A DNA stretch of 64,000 nucleotides from Chrysomallon squamiferum (Eukaryota; Animalia; Mollusca): the NCBI GenBank assembly GCA_012295275.1, contig CM022672.1:23870001-23934000 (forward strand). Direction: 5' to 3'. Both the position numbers and the translations under genes were made by a program. Of the stretch, positions 40,150 through 55,155 are shown piece by piece. The notes under the pieces were generated by a model. It worked only from the letters and a program-made list of their open reading frames with translations, was not told where the DNA came from and ran no database searches. Position 1 is the stretch's first letter. Every line of letters begins with the position of its first letter.

Positions 40150-40979
40150 TCAACAAAAATAAAGAAGAAAGTAAAAGAAAAACCAGAATAAACGAGAGAA
40201 ATAAATGTAAACTATGACTCTTGATCAGTATGACAAAACACTACAGATTCGATCTTAATAATATGACAGCTTGTTAACAAAACAATAACATGGTTTGTCC
40301 TGAGGAAATGTATTAATGGTTGGACACAAGATGGTATATTTCCATATTCATATTTTTTTATAATATTTATAAAGAACATGCAGTAATTTAGAGATGATAA
40401 GAGAAACAACACATTTCACTGCTCAGATACATTTTAATTGTATTCTTATTATTATATTTCGTTATTAATCGAGACTGGATGGCATAAAAGAAATCGCAGA
40501 CACAGGAAATATATTTCGAATGTTTTTTTTTTTTTTATCATCTAATTTTGTTTCCTTCTCTTTTTTTTTTTTTTTTTTTTTTATTTTTTTATATATATTC
40601 TGCATCCAGGATGGATTAAACGTATACGGTTGGTGGGATCGTCGAAATCATATGAAGGCATAGTTGAAGTTATGGTTGGTGACACATGGGGAACAGCATG
40701 TGATGCTAACTGGGACAGAATAGCTGCTGATACGGTATGCAGAATGATAGGAAAAAAGTAAGTTTGCCGAAAGAGCTTTTCTTTCCTGTTGTCTCTTAGC
40801 TTTTTGTAAATCTGACTGGTCTACTTTGATGAAAATATTGCTTGTACTTGACGCCATTGTATTGTTATGCTCGAGTGCTTTCCCTGAAACAATAACATTT
40901 CCTTGATTTCCGCTTTGAATTTAAAATAGTTTTGCTCAGTCCATCAAAATTTCCCATTCAGAGATTGGGGAATCTGAGC

Positions 40980-41275
40980 AGTGTTTTTATTTAGGTACTT
41001 GTGTTTTTATTTAGGTCTCATACATTCGGTGCACAGTATCTGAGATCTCCGAGATCTCGTCCTTACAGACACAGCCACCTCTTTATAGTGGACACAGACA
41101 CTTTTGTGTGTGTTCTCCATTCGATTCTTTGCGCTGTGTTTGGTCAATGCGGATCATCTTGCAAAGCGTACTGGACGACTTAGTCTTTATAAGCTTCAGT
41201 CTGCTTTGATCATCCAGACATTGGTCTAACCTCAGATGCTGCCGTCTTTGATGCTGAGTGAGTTTGCACGTACGA
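40980..41275 (-). mobile_element. Degenerate Tc1/mariner-like transposase fragment
   Basis: GC-elevated island. Minus strand reads ...CLDDQSRLKLIK... and ...KVSVSTIKRWLCL*G...RYCAPNV*DLNK, resembling the second HTH (VSxSTIKR) and RYC..RD.NK linker of Tc1-like transposases. No TIRs found. Confidence 0.45.
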
Positions 41276-41635
41276 AACTTAAATGAAATATAAATGATTT
41301 ATCTCCTACTTCTAGATAGAGTTTTACATGATAGTAGTTCATTGTAGGATTTGTTTCGTTTCCTTTTGTAATAAAATTAATAAACGAAATATTTATTATT
41401 CTGTCGATTTTCGTAAAAGTTATAATGATAATTTGTTGATTACATCTAGCTTCCAAGATAATAATAATAAAATAATAACAACAACAACAAACAACAGCAA
41501 AAACAATAATAAATAAATAAATAAAAATATAAAACAAATCTTTTCAGTATGATACAAGCAATTTATTGTCGTGGAGTTTAATAAAATGAAATTTAATCAA
41601 TCATAAATCAATATATATATGTTTGTGTTGTTGTT

Positions 41636-41671
41636 GTTATTATTATTATTTTCATCATCATCATCATTAGT

Positions 41672-41755
<84 letters not shown>

Positions 41756-41768
41756 ATCATTATTATTA
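41636..41768. repeat. Compound (CAT)n/(ATT)n microsatellite
   Basis: Read directly in the sequence. Confidence 0.95.
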
Positions 41769-42097
41769 CTTTACTAAAATTGTTAATTTGTTCCCTTAGG
41801 TCCACAATGTTTTCAAATGAAAAAACTGAATAAAAAAAATTAAAAAATTCAAATTACTGTTCGAACACTTTATTACAGGGAATTGCGCAAATCTTTAGGA
41901 AATCTTAAAATATCTTAAACTGATTAGTTTATAAAGTCTAAAAATTGGTTACTTTTCTGTAAGATGTCTCTTGAAACATATTTTACTTGGTAATTAATTC
42001 ACTGAGCTGAAATCTTGACTGATAATCCTAGTAATTTATTATTTAATTATTTTTTTTTTTATTTATTTTTTATTTATTTATTTATTTTTTATTTATT

Positions 42098-42158
<61 letters not shown>

Positions 42159-43470
42159 TTTTTTTTTTTTTTTATACCTTCCACACCTGATTATTGTCTT
42201 GCTCATTTTTCAGTGTTAAAACACATGACTATTAAGTGGTAACTGGAAAACGGAAACAATTAAAATAAATGTTCTTAATTGTTGGAAATTGAGACCGTAA
42301 AGCATTTTAGAAAGTTCTTAGCGTGTGGGCCATGGAAAACGTGTTTAGGCTTTTCACAGCCTGTTCCAACTAGAAGACAGAACTATATCAGGTTTACATT
42401 GATTTCACTATTCCCACTCCAATTTTCTGGGTTGAAAGAGGAAATTGCTGAAAGAGGAAGTTTATCATTAAGTTAATTATTAAATTTGCATCTTACAACT
42501 GTACCGAATATATTGGTACTTGAAAAGACAGTTTCCCAGAAATTAAATGAACAAAAGTATTAAATGCTATTATTTATTATTATTTTGTGTGTGATGCTTG
42601 TCGAAAAGTTATCATCAAAACAAATAAAATAATAATAATTAAAAAAATAATAATATTAAAAATAGAAATATACGAAAAACAACACAAACACTAAGACGCA
42701 CATAGAAATAAAGAAAATAAACGATACTTAATAATAATGGATACTACTAACAACAACAACAACATTCATAATAATAATAATACTTACTTAATTGATAAAC
42801 TGCTTAGAAAATAGTTTAAGAAGAAAACAAACTATTTAAGTTGAATGATATGAAAAATATGAATGGAACATGCTAGAAATTATTACATTCAGCTGCATAT
42901 ATAAAATACATCAGTGTAATAATTTAATAACTGAAAATTAAAATGATTTGGCTTTTCTCTAGCATTCGTTAAGATCTTTAGTTATATTTATAGATTAATC
43001 ATTTAAGTATCATTCGTGTTTATAATTAGATATACCATTTTGTTAGATGATTTTGGTATATCATTTACATATGTCCCAAATATATCATTCATACGATATT
43101 TCAGTATAACCTTTCAGACATATCATATATTAATCATGTATTTCATTAACATACATTTTCTTGCAGTGCCGGCGGTATACCATATAAGAAGGCACACTTC
43201 GGAAAGGGCAGTGGTCCCATCCTTGTGAATAATGTCGCTTGCAGAGGTGCGGAGAGAGATTTGAATGATTGCAGGTTTAACAATAATACGATTAACTGCA
43301 TTCATTCAAATGATGCTGACGTTTCTTGTATTCCATCCCTCTCATGGAAAAATGTTCCACCAATGCCAGAACCAATAACAGTCATAAAACAAGTAACACA
43401 TTTGAACAACCATTTAATTTGGAGTAGTAAGTATTTTCAGAAGCGCTTTTGTGTTTATATGTATGTTTGT

Positions 43471-43831
43471 ATATGTCGATACGTGTATGTATGTATCTCA
43501 GGACATTTTTGTTTATATAATCAGAGCGATATCAACAATAGCATTAACAATAATTGTTATAATTATAATAATGTTAATAAAAATTAAGCTGAAGGATTAG
43601 AACAAAACAATAACAACAAGAAGAAAACAAACTAAAAAAATCAATAAAAGAAAGTCCAATAAAATGATATATCTTAAAATGATAATAAAGATGATGATGA
43701 TAGGAAAAAAAAAGAATGAAATTTACTCAAAAGATCATAAATCTGACCATTCAACTTTGTTAAAGACAATATATGTCGATACGTGTATGTATGTATATCA
43801 GAACATTTTTATTTATATAATCAGAGCGATA
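43471..43831. repeat. 61-bp direct repeat, two copies 300 bp apart
   Basis: 43471-43531 and 43771-43831 differ at 3 positions. Confidence 0.9.
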
Positions 43832-44263
43832 ATGTGGTGAATTTAAATCTGGAAGTTTTGCATTAGCATTCCGTCACAGGTTCCACACCATAATGGTATC
43901 GTGCATTCAGTGGCTTCGTTGTAGCTACTTTAAAGTGTAATTTTATGGTACAAATAAATTATCTAAAAAAATCCTTTATACTCTTTATTTCATTTCTTTG
44001 GGCAATCAATTATCGCAGAAAATGGCAATAAAATAGTTTTGTCCCAAATCGTGAACACGCCATATTACTGCCCGTTCACAACTGGAATCGATGTATCATC
44101 GCGAAGATCAGAATTACGAGCGGTAACTGTGCGATAACAAAAAAATTAAAAAACACAAATTACCAAACAAATGGCAGTGCCCAGATACGTTTTGATTTTA
44201 CCCTTTTAGTATTACACTTCGTTATTAATTTCCGTTGAACAGCAACAAATAAAACATAATTAG

Positions 44264-44491
<228 letters not shown>

Positions 44492-45302
44492 TGAAGAATG
44501 CTAGGACTTGGATAAGTATGCCAACAGAGCCTTTATATCCTTTTTCATCTTTTTTGTTTTCTTTTTCCTTCTTTTTTTTGTTTTAAATTTTTTTGTTTTG
44601 TTTTTTTGTTCTGTTTGTTTGTTTGTTTCTAAATCAGCTAAATACCATAAAGAATTTGCCACACAGTTTTTACAAAAAACAATTGCTGAAAACAATTAAT
44701 GAAACTGCAACAACAACCACAACCAAATAGAAATGAAAAAAAAAAATAAAAAAAAAAAAAAAAAAGTGTATGGTGGCTTTCCATTTCTAATTTTGACGTT
44801 TCTTTAGCAGTCATTCAGGCCTAAATAATTTGGATACATATTCAGGTATAATTTATACATTTTTTCAAATCTAATTTTTTCAAATATATCATTCAGATAT
44901 TTTACAGAACTATAACTTTCAGACATGTTATTCAAATACATTATGTTGCAGTGGTGGAAAAGCATATATCAAAACATTCTTCGGAAGGGGCAGGGGCCCC
45001 ATATTTGTGGATGACTCATCTTGCACAGGCGAAGAGGAAACTAGAAAACTGCAGTTTCAACTACCTGCATATTATGTGTGATCATTCACAGGACGCTGGA
45101 GTTGAATGTGATGCCGCCTATAAAGCAGTTATTAGCAGATGTCCAAATAAGTTTTTCTTGGAGTGGTATTTGTTTATATATTTGTGCTCCTCTGATTTTA
45201 TATATATATATATATATTATTATTGTTATTATAACAGATGTGTGTGCAGATGTAGGCACGCAAGCATAAACGCATGTTTCTAGTTATGTGCATATTATAA
45301 TA

Positions 45303-45325
45303 TAATAATAATAATAATAATAATA

Positions 45326-45371
<46 letters not shown>
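45303..45371. repeat. (AAT)n(ATT)n self-complementary microsatellite
   Basis: Read directly in the sequence. Confidence 0.95.
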
Positions 45372-45372
<1 letters not shown>

Positions 45373-46027
45373 TCTTTAACTTTTTTTTCTTAAATTTATG
45401 TTTATTATAGCCTGTAACTGTATGTGCAATTAAGTTTTCAGCAAATAGTAACAATAAGAATAAGATTATTAAAGTCTTAAATAGCATAAGTTATTAATAT
45501 AAATACATTCTGAATACTAATTTTATACCCAGAGAAATTTTTTATTTTATTTATTTATTTCCTCTTATTTATTTATTTATTATTATTTTATTTATTTATT
45601 TATTTATTTTTTTTTTTTTTTGTTCTGTTTTGTTATCATAGCGTAACTTTTTATTTTATTTTATCTTATCCTATCTTATAATTTAATTTTAATTTTAATT
45701 TTTAATTTTTTTTTATTTTTTGCAGATGGACAACAAACCCTGTATGTACAATTAGTTAACAATAATGTGAAGGGAATGAGTTAAATCGAGGTCCGCAACC
45801 CCAAAGATCAGAGCGCTAAGTGGGGTTCAGTGTGTGGCAGTCGATAGACGTAACAATAGACGTAACAATAGACGTAACAATCACGATAGACGTAACAGTC
45901 GCGCAAGCGATATGTGGGTCCTTGTGTTATAAGTATGTTTGACATAAGTCGACATATCAACATCATCTTGGATTTTTTAAGGGCAGAATTATTATTATTA
46001 ATTATTATCTTACCAGAAACAAAGATA

Positions 46028-46091
<64 letters not shown>

Positions 46092-47476
46092 GTAACAATA
46101 ACAATAATAAAAAAAGTCATTTAAACATGTAAACAAAGGTCTTATTACGCGAAACCAAGATATACTGACACTGACCTTTTCTCAGACATTAAACAGCAGA
46201 AAGGACTTTGGTTAGAAATGCAATAATAAATCTTTAAGCTATTCTAAATTATGTTAATTTTGATATCCACTCTCAATGTATTTTTAGCTTGTGACCTTCC
46301 ACCGTTAATGCTTGTCTAAACATTAGTCTGAGATGTTAAGAAGCACATTGATCTACCAGGGATAAATATTGAAAACACACTAACCTCACATCAAAGTGGT
46401 CTTTTCAAAATATTATAAGAAATGTAAAAATACTTTAGATGCATTATTTCGAGATCTCACTGCCGATTACATCTCTTCTATTTGATTGATTACAATTATT
46501 TTCATTGTCTAAAAAACCTTGGTGTCATTTAATGGATGTATTCTTGTTTGTTTGTTGTTGTTTTATTTTTTGTTTTTTATTGGGTTTTTTCGCTATGCAG
46601 TTTATTTATTGCTTGCAGTACTTCGTTCGCGCGTCCTGGTGCTGTCAGAAGTGATAAGGCTACAAAGCCCACACACTCAGTAATGTGAAATGTACTGGAA
46701 CGGAGAAACAGATACAAGACTGCTATCATGCGCTTTGGAATACGGGGTTTTGTGACCCTAAAAATGAAGTGGCTTCAGTGACGTGTATCAATTTAACGCC
46801 ACATCAGTTAAATCGTACGTATTTTATTTATTTATTTAATTAATTTTTTCATAATATACTTAAACGAATTATACTAACATGGCTTGGCTCTGAATGATTC
46901 AGCTTGAGAGAAGCCCATCTGAATATAAAGTATTCTTTTATAGATGAAGAAACACGCATCTTCTCATAGACCATCAAAGACTGATGGCGATAAACCCTCG
47001 TCATAAAATTACCTTTCAAAGGGTGTAATTTGAAAATAGAAGTAAATATAATAGTAATAATGAGACATAAAAAATATTTTAGTGAAAAACGGCTCAGTAA
47101 ATTGTTCATTTAGCTAACTCAGAGTGGAAGACAACAGAATTAAAAAATAAAGAAATCTTATTTTATTTTCATATTATTATTAATATTTATTTATTTATTC
47201 ATTTATTTATTTATTGGTAATAGGTGTCGAGAACTAATATGGAACTGTATTCACGAAAAAGGTTAAAGTTTAGTTTTTCAGGTAGACAAAATCTAAGTGT
47301 TAGTCATGAGTGAAAATTTATACTTTTGTACCTGCTGATAATCATCAACTGGTAATCATCAACAGCCACTGTATGTACTACATACGAAGACTAATTCGTG
47401 ATTATTGCCATGTTGTTACTGTTTCAGAGACTGCAATTTTTGATAAATGAAACTGTCATGTCAGTTATTATTATTA

Positions 47477-47528
<52 letters not shown>

Positions 47529-48625
47529 TTTACTTTTTTTTTCCTTCTTCTTCTTCTCCTTCTTTTATAACAGTCACACTGATAGTTGTGAACGCTTACA
47601 AGAATTGCCTAATAAGATTAAATCTCAATTTAATGTAAATTACTGCTCGGTCAGTCAGCACGTTTCTTTGCATTTACTAATAAATCAGTGCTGGACAAAT
47701 TACAGCTAATAAGAACTTAAATGAAGGAAGAAAATGTCAACGCTCTGGAAGCATGTTATTTATGATGTCGAACATATGTCTATCTTTATGTTTGTACCTT
47801 CAAACAATATATACTTTTCTTTTATGTTTTTAATTATTATTTCTTTTTCATTTTAGAGCAATCGGCCACATTTTCATAGCCGATCTGTCACGTGATCAAT
47901 GTGAGCTGTACATTTGAATATTTGCATTCACTGGGCTGATTCGGTGTTTTAATTTGAACTTTCAATTTGACCTAGATTAGTTTTCACAACGAATAAACAA
48001 TTTTTGGCTGAACAGCGGGAATATGACATATTTCAATGGCGTTTTAGTGCACTTTTTAAAGGTATCGGTTGTGATACAAAAACGAAATTTTATAATAAAC
48101 AGAATAAAATCAAATCAAATGAAATCATAAATTATTAATAAAACCAACAAATTCAGTTTAGTTAGTTGTATTCGCATTCTTCATCCTCTTCATGCATCGG
48201 TATATCTCTATTGTTACACTAATCAATTTATTTACAGTGCCATATTTAGGCCAAAACTAAACACCTCACAATCCACAGGGGCTTCAAAATATAAATATAA
48301 CATGAAGTTAAGTGTAATTATTTTGTCAAATAAAGCAAAACAATTTTCAATAATTTTGTAGCTTTAGACTCCATATAAGCTAAGCTTGGGACTGCTTATT
48401 TATAGTATTTTTATAATTTTATTACAAGCCTTTCAATGTTTCTCAGCTGGAGAAAGGAATAAATACACTATCGACAAATTATAGTTATACAAAGAAAAAA
48501 AACAAAATATAAGAATAATAAATTCAGTTTACATAATTCAACAAGAGAAAACACAATGCATAAATGACACGATTTCGAATATTGGGAAATTTTAGCATAA
48601 TTATCGATATCGAGAAGACAGATCA

Positions 48626-48668
<43 letters not shown>

Positions 48669-48681
48669 GTAGTAATAATAA

Positions 48682-48870
48682 TCAGCAAGATCATGGACAA
48701 CGTCTCCGTAGCAGAACTACAGAATATCACTCTGTTAGGAACAGCACATATAATACGGAGGGTTATCTCTATTCAGAAATCTCTGTTTATGCCAAGGTCC
48801 ATAAGTTAGAACCCATACTGAGGAGAGAAGAACATCGACTGCAGTCGAGGAACCCAACAATATTAATAAT
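48682..48870 (+). mobile_element. 5'-truncated non-LTR retrotransposon 3' end (RLE type, R4/Dong-like) inserted in a (TAA)n tract
   Basis: Encodes SKIMDNVSVAELQNITLLGTAHIIRRVISI, matching the C-terminal LQKxxLLGTAHILRRVL motif of these elements. Begins directly after (AAT)n 48626-48681 and ends in an AAT-type tail. Confidence 0.75.
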
Positions 48871-49619
48871 GATATGTGTACACGTATACATCATGAAAAT
48901 TAAGTCAGATTTAAAATAAAAAAATAAAATGAAATAAAATAAACATAAAGTAAAATTAACATATAATAAATAGGACTAATCTCCACCTTAAAAGCAAGAA
49001 CAATGAGTCACCTGAGAATGATAACGTCGAACACTCTCTCCTCAAACCTCGAAAAATATGTTCCTGGCTGACAGTTTACCAGAAATAAAGAAAACATTTA
49101 AGATTTATATTTCGAGTACGTCAAATGAGTTTAGTTCATAAAATGGTTCAGATTTCTATGTACATGTACCCTTTTATCAGATTACGTTTCATTAGCCTTC
49201 TAAAATTAATATAATGTAAATCGGTTGTTGAACTCAAACCATCGTTAAACCGTCTTATCTTATAATCCCCACTCACTGGAACATCCCAGGCACTTGGATT
49301 TTCCTTTTCGATGCTGATGCTAAAACCGCCATTCAGCACCAAATTGAACATAAGAACATAAGTGCAAGTCATCTGAAACACTTTGTCTCTTTGTACCATT
49401 CTTAGAATCGATGCTAATTTCAGTAGCAATAGCAGCTGTTAAATCTTCATGAAATTATTCCAAGAGAGAAATGTCGCAATTGTGTTCGTTTCACTGAACT
49501 CCGTTCTCTGTCTGACACTCATTAAGTGACAATGTGCTGTGCTTTTCCTGCAGTGGTGTTTGTTTTATTTAACATGTTCGGATAAAATTTTGTATAAAAT
49601 ATTTCGTTACAGACTCATT

Positions 49620-49651
<32 letters not shown>

Positions 49652-50350
49652 TATAACAACAACAACAACAACAACAATAAGAAAAACAACAACAACAACA
49701 GCAATAGCAATAATTATGTAGTAATCTTTATCATTATAATCATTACCATTACCATTATTATTGTTAGTAATAGTGGTAGGAGAAGTAGCAATAGCAGCAA
49801 CAGTAGTAGTGATAGAACACCAGCAGTAGTAGTAGTAGTTATACTAGTAATAGTAGCAGCAGCAGTAACAGTAACAGCAGCAGCAGCAGCAGCACAGCTA
49901 TAAATTATTCACTTCACCGCACCTTGCGCTCTTTCTTTACTTGTTCTGTTGTTTCTTTTCGTTTTTCTGTGTCCATAAAAAAAAAATCAGACATTAATTA
50001 ATATTTAAAGATTTTAGCTTTTGAAGCTATTTGCATATCAGTTTCTTATACTAAATAAATGTTTATGCATTTAATCCTATTTGTTATTATTATTATAATT
50101 ACTATAACATAAATATGATAAAATACTAAAACATTTATTGTTTAAAATGACATATCGCAAGATAGTTGACATCATCATTATCATCAGCGTCACTATAGTC
50201 GTGAAGATGATGATGATTGTGAAGTTTATTATTGTTGTTATTAATTTTGCGTTGTATCTATTGAAGGGATGTGGATATTATATATTCTTTTGATTTAAAT
50301 AAAATTAATTAATTAGTTAATTAATTAATAGAAAAAATTAAAAATAACAT

Positions 50351-50390
<40 letters not shown>

Positions 50391-51028
50391 ATCAAACAAA
50401 TACATAAATGAGAAACTGGCTGACATTAGACACAAAAATAAGACAAATCTACATGAAATATTTCATCTTCATCTTTCAGATCGGTCAGTATCAGTTTGCG
50501 TATATATGAGATACATCTGTTGTCAAAAACATCCTTTTCAGGCTACACGTATCGATTTATTGAATTTCGTTCTCTTTACACGTGCACATGAAAATCAAAT
50601 TTGTCGCCGAGGACGCCAACGACAATGATCACAGCCACCACCTTGTTTTTGCCAGTCATAATACTAACCTCACTGACTGGCAGCAGCAATACCGAATACA
50701 TACCGTTTAAATAATTAATGTGGATGTCATCTCTGGATTAACTGTATATGTTGTTCCGAAGTAAATACCTCTAAAGACTAATGGCTGATGCGGTCCTGTG
50801 GTAATCAGCCGTATTTACCTCATTCCGGCAGTTGTGATTCAACTGGCGTGTAGCGTGTGGGAAGAGAGCTGGCAAATACCTTGCCATTGGATAGTAAAGC
50901 GATGAAGTAGGCCTAGATCAGTATCACCTCAACACTTTGTTATTTTAAGATTTCTTCAGAGCAGAACAGATACTCACAACTAAGAAGGTATTTTTTTTTT
51001 ATTATTAATTTATATAACGTAAGACAAA

Positions 51029-51065
<37 letters not shown>

Positions 51066-51549
51066 ATAGTTATGTATACATGTTTGTGTGTGTATGTGCA
51101 TATGTTTGTGTGTGTACATCAACTATATTGTTATTTTATATAACGATTAAGTCAAAATATATAATCTGTTATTGTTTACGAAGGTAAAAATATATTCATT
51201 AAGTGAAAATATTTATTATGATAAAGTGAAACCTTGTCATTATTTTATATGATAATGTGAATTATGTTATTATATAACAATAAAGCGAAACTGTTATCTT
51301 ATATGGAGATACTGTGAAATTGTATTTATATTATTAACTGTGGTTACTGCAAGATAGTGATTTCAGTAAATCGTTTTACAAAATAATTACATAGTTTATA
51401 TATAATGCATAAAAATTTAAGTAATATAAGTATGTATGTACACACACACACACACACACACACTCATTAAATAAATAATTCCCACTTTCGTATGAATATA
51501 TATATGTCCTGTCAATCTATTATATCTATCTCAATAATTATATACGTGC

Positions 51550-51553
<4 letters not shown>

Positions 51554-51624
<71 letters not shown>
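51554..51624. repeat. (AG)n microsatellite
   Basis: Read directly in the sequence. Confidence 0.97.
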
Positions 51625-51626
<2 letters not shown>

Positions 51627-52083
51627 TAATTATACATATTTGTACACTACCTGTTTTTCAGTTACACTGTTTAGTTACTAATAACCTAACATAATCAAAA
51701 GTTCAAAACATCCAATCTATTCACTGTCTAAACGTGCACATTATTCACAGACAAAATATTTAGAGGTCATCTAGCTTAGCTGACTATAAATCAGCACAGC
51801 TTAATGATTATGTGCAAATTAGAAAAACTGGCCTCATATTGTTTATGTTGGGGATGCCTTCACGTCAGCAGCATATAAAATGTGTAATTGCATCCTTTGA
51901 TCTTGGTATCCACATACGAGAGTCCCCACTTTGTTGGACACAAATGGTGGCCTAATTGAACTGTTATACCTTTTTATGTATTTATCATTTAAGTGACCTT
52001 TCGATCTTTAAAGTAAATACATTTTCTGTGCATCCGATTTACCATTTTTCGGTACTTGAACCATATTTTATTGACTGATTTAA

Positions 52084-52140
<57 letters not shown>

Positions 52141-52150
52141 TAATAATAAT
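52084..52150. repeat. (AAT)n microsatellite
   Basis: Read directly in the sequence. Confidence 0.95.
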
Positions 52151-55111
52151 GTCAGGCACTGAAACATATCATTTGGTGTTTGGATTCTTTGTTGTGTTGA
52201 CCTTTTGATGTGTGGACGTTTTGTACATTTTAAACATTCTTTAAAACGTTACAAAAATTCTTGGCGTTGCATGATGAATTTGATGTTTTAAACAAAACAT
52301 AATCCATTTATGCATTATGTTTAATTCATTAACCTATTTGTATATTTATTTATTTTAATGCTTTACTTGGTTTGAAAGAGGTCTAATCGTTTAGTTCCGC
52401 GAGCACTTCTGGGTGACAGTAATGTACGTGTACTATCCTAAAACAAATGAAATGAAACTTCGCCTATTGCCACTCTCTGAAGAAATGGAATATTTCAAAC
52501 AAATGTTAAAACTTTATTAGTTCTAGTTCTCTTCTTAATATAGTGTTAAATCAGTGGCATTTGACATGATTTCATAACTATTATTACTTTGTTATTATTA
52601 TACCTAAATTTCATTAATTTTTATTCCACATTTTATGTTTGTGGGTGGGATTTTTTTCTGTCACACACACACACACACACACACACAGTTCTCTCCGTCT
52701 TTGCCCTCGTCTTCATATGTCAGTCTGAGCACTGAAGGATAATAATTCTTGTCCTCACGGCAGCTTTGTAAGCACGATTTTTTCTGAAATTTTCTCTTTC
52801 TCTTCTAGCCAGGTAGTTTCATCCAGTAATCGTCTGAGTTAATTATTCGTGCTTAAACATCCCTGGAGGATACTAAATAATACTGCCTGATGTTTACAAC
52901 CTGTAGGAATGCGTTACCATAGTTATTCACTAATTATTTACAACTGATTAATTCGGCGCTTCTGTTTGAATTCACATCAACTAAGAAAACCAGACGATTT
53001 TTTTTCGGAGTCATAAAAAAATGTTGCGTTTCTTTGATTTGAGACAAATATTATAAATATTATAGTTTTCCATTTGTTCTTGTCGTTATTATTTATACAC
53101 ATAATGCTCTTTTAATGTTCATCAAAGTTATTGCGAAAAACTAATTCATTCATTAGTCCTTCTTTTCGTTTTTTTCTTTTTTTCTTTGGATTAATTTGTT
53201 GAGGTTTTCAGGAATTTTGCTGGAGGGTTGTTTAATTTTAGTTCTGTTGAAATTTGTTGAACTATTAAGCACTTTATCCTACCAGGGAAAATACTGCAAG
53301 AACATTTCGCCATTTTGCATAAAAACAGCACTCACATAAGAGTATTCATCTCTGTCGAAGTAAAAAATGTGTAAAAACAATTATAATGTTGAATTATATA
53401 TTGAGCTTATAACAATATTATACACACACAGTTTTCTGAATTAGCTGTTCTGGCAGCACAATTCACTTGTATGTACTATTTAGTCGTTACAACTTACAAC
53501 ACTATCAGAAAACAACTTTTACGACAACAGATGTCCACTCTCTTGAAGATCATCATTATAAAACTTTACGTTTGATATCTAATGACCATTAGTATAAAAG
53601 TATCGTTAAAACCAATATTCGTTCGTTCGTTTATCACTATTATAAATTATTTCTTCTAGGATATAATGATATGGTGTTTGTATTACTGGCTTAATAACGA
53701 AGCTACTAAATCACATTGTGCACACTGCCAGAGCTGAAATAACCAGAGGGCATGTTTTCGTTTTACTTAGCTGCTGTGTACAAATGTGATAGGCTTGCGT
53801 TGTATGTGAATGACACCTCCTGGCTGTAAGGTTAATAACAGAGGATTCTGTAAACAAAACTCTGTAATGTTCTTCATATGATACCAGTTTTGACAGCATT
53901 ATTCCTAATACCGGTCTAGAAAGTGCTTTGATATTCTGTATACGTGCTAAAATGGGAAATTTTGTTCGTATCTGTAACAAGACTTTTGTTTGCCTTCTTT
54001 ACTTTGCATTCTAATAACAGTTATCTGAAATATAATAATTCTTTTTATTAGATCTTAAAAGATTATTATTACATTATTATTAGAATTTTATATGTGGAGA
54101 AATTTTATGATGGCTTGTCTTTTCAGTATATAGTATCTGTTATTATAGTAGTGTGTACGAAATACATTAGTTTGTTATTGTAGCAATAAATACAGCTTAT
54201 TTTATTTTTATTTTTAGAATCACTTTATTTATTCTTTATTTAGATATATTTCTGTATTTTATTATTACAGTTTTAAATGATGTAACAAAAGCTGCTGTTA
54301 GACACAGTATAAACCGTTTACAGTTTTGCGTGTGAGATCTGTGTATTCAGAATATGATTCAGAATCTGAATTATTATGCATCCATTTAGATAATTTTTAT
54401 TCATTTCTGAATTGGTTTTATGAATATTATGCAGGAAATGCCTATTTAGCTAATATATTGTTTCCATTACAGTAAAAATACATTAACCTTTTTATTATAC
54501 CTAACTGTACAGTGCATAAAATTAAGCAGTGTATTCTTTGAAAACTGTTGTATTAGTGGTCAAATTAGAAATTTCGGATTCACTGGATTTTTTCTTCTCA
54601 TTTCAACAATATGCAAAGGAAAAAAAAGAATACCAATAAACAATACAGCAAAAGCCATAAATAAATAAATAAATAAATAAACGTCTTTGATAGTTATGAA
54701 CTTAACAGGCCTTCGGTATGTAACACTTTATATTCAGTGTAGTTACTAGGGGTTACCTTGTACTCTGCCAGTACGAGCAGCTCTATGCATCAGTATTGCT
54801 GTTTTGCATCCGAATAATGGAAATTATTTATATGAGAAAATTCGTGTTAATTTTCCTGAGTGTATCAGACAGTGTATAACTCTTGTGTGGTGGAAAAACA
54901 AAGAGAAATCAAGACTTGAAACTAATTTCCTTATAAATGTTTGCATGGTAATAACAAAAACAAAAAACAAAAAGAAATGACCCGGAATATTGTTTTCCCT
55001 ACTCCTACAAGGTCAGAATAATAACGAATGGTTCGGCACCTGCGACCCCATTTATTTAATTACTATTAGTTTTAAAAATAACTAAGCCATGTAGATAATT
55101 TATCTTATACA

Positions 55112-55155
<44 letters not shown>

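Noticed and set aside
44492-44494. TGA at a conserved SRCR cysteine (DATVV*RMLG) as possible selenocysteine
   Set aside because: The same exon has a destroyed donor and neighbouring exons have frameshifts and TAA stops. A TGC/TGT>TGA nonsense change is simpler, and no SECIS was identified.
47860-47950. E-box plus octamer (TCACGTGA, ATTTGCAT) cluster as a snRNA-type promoter
   Set aside because: No snRNA or tRNA body is recognisable nearby, and such short motifs are expected by chance.
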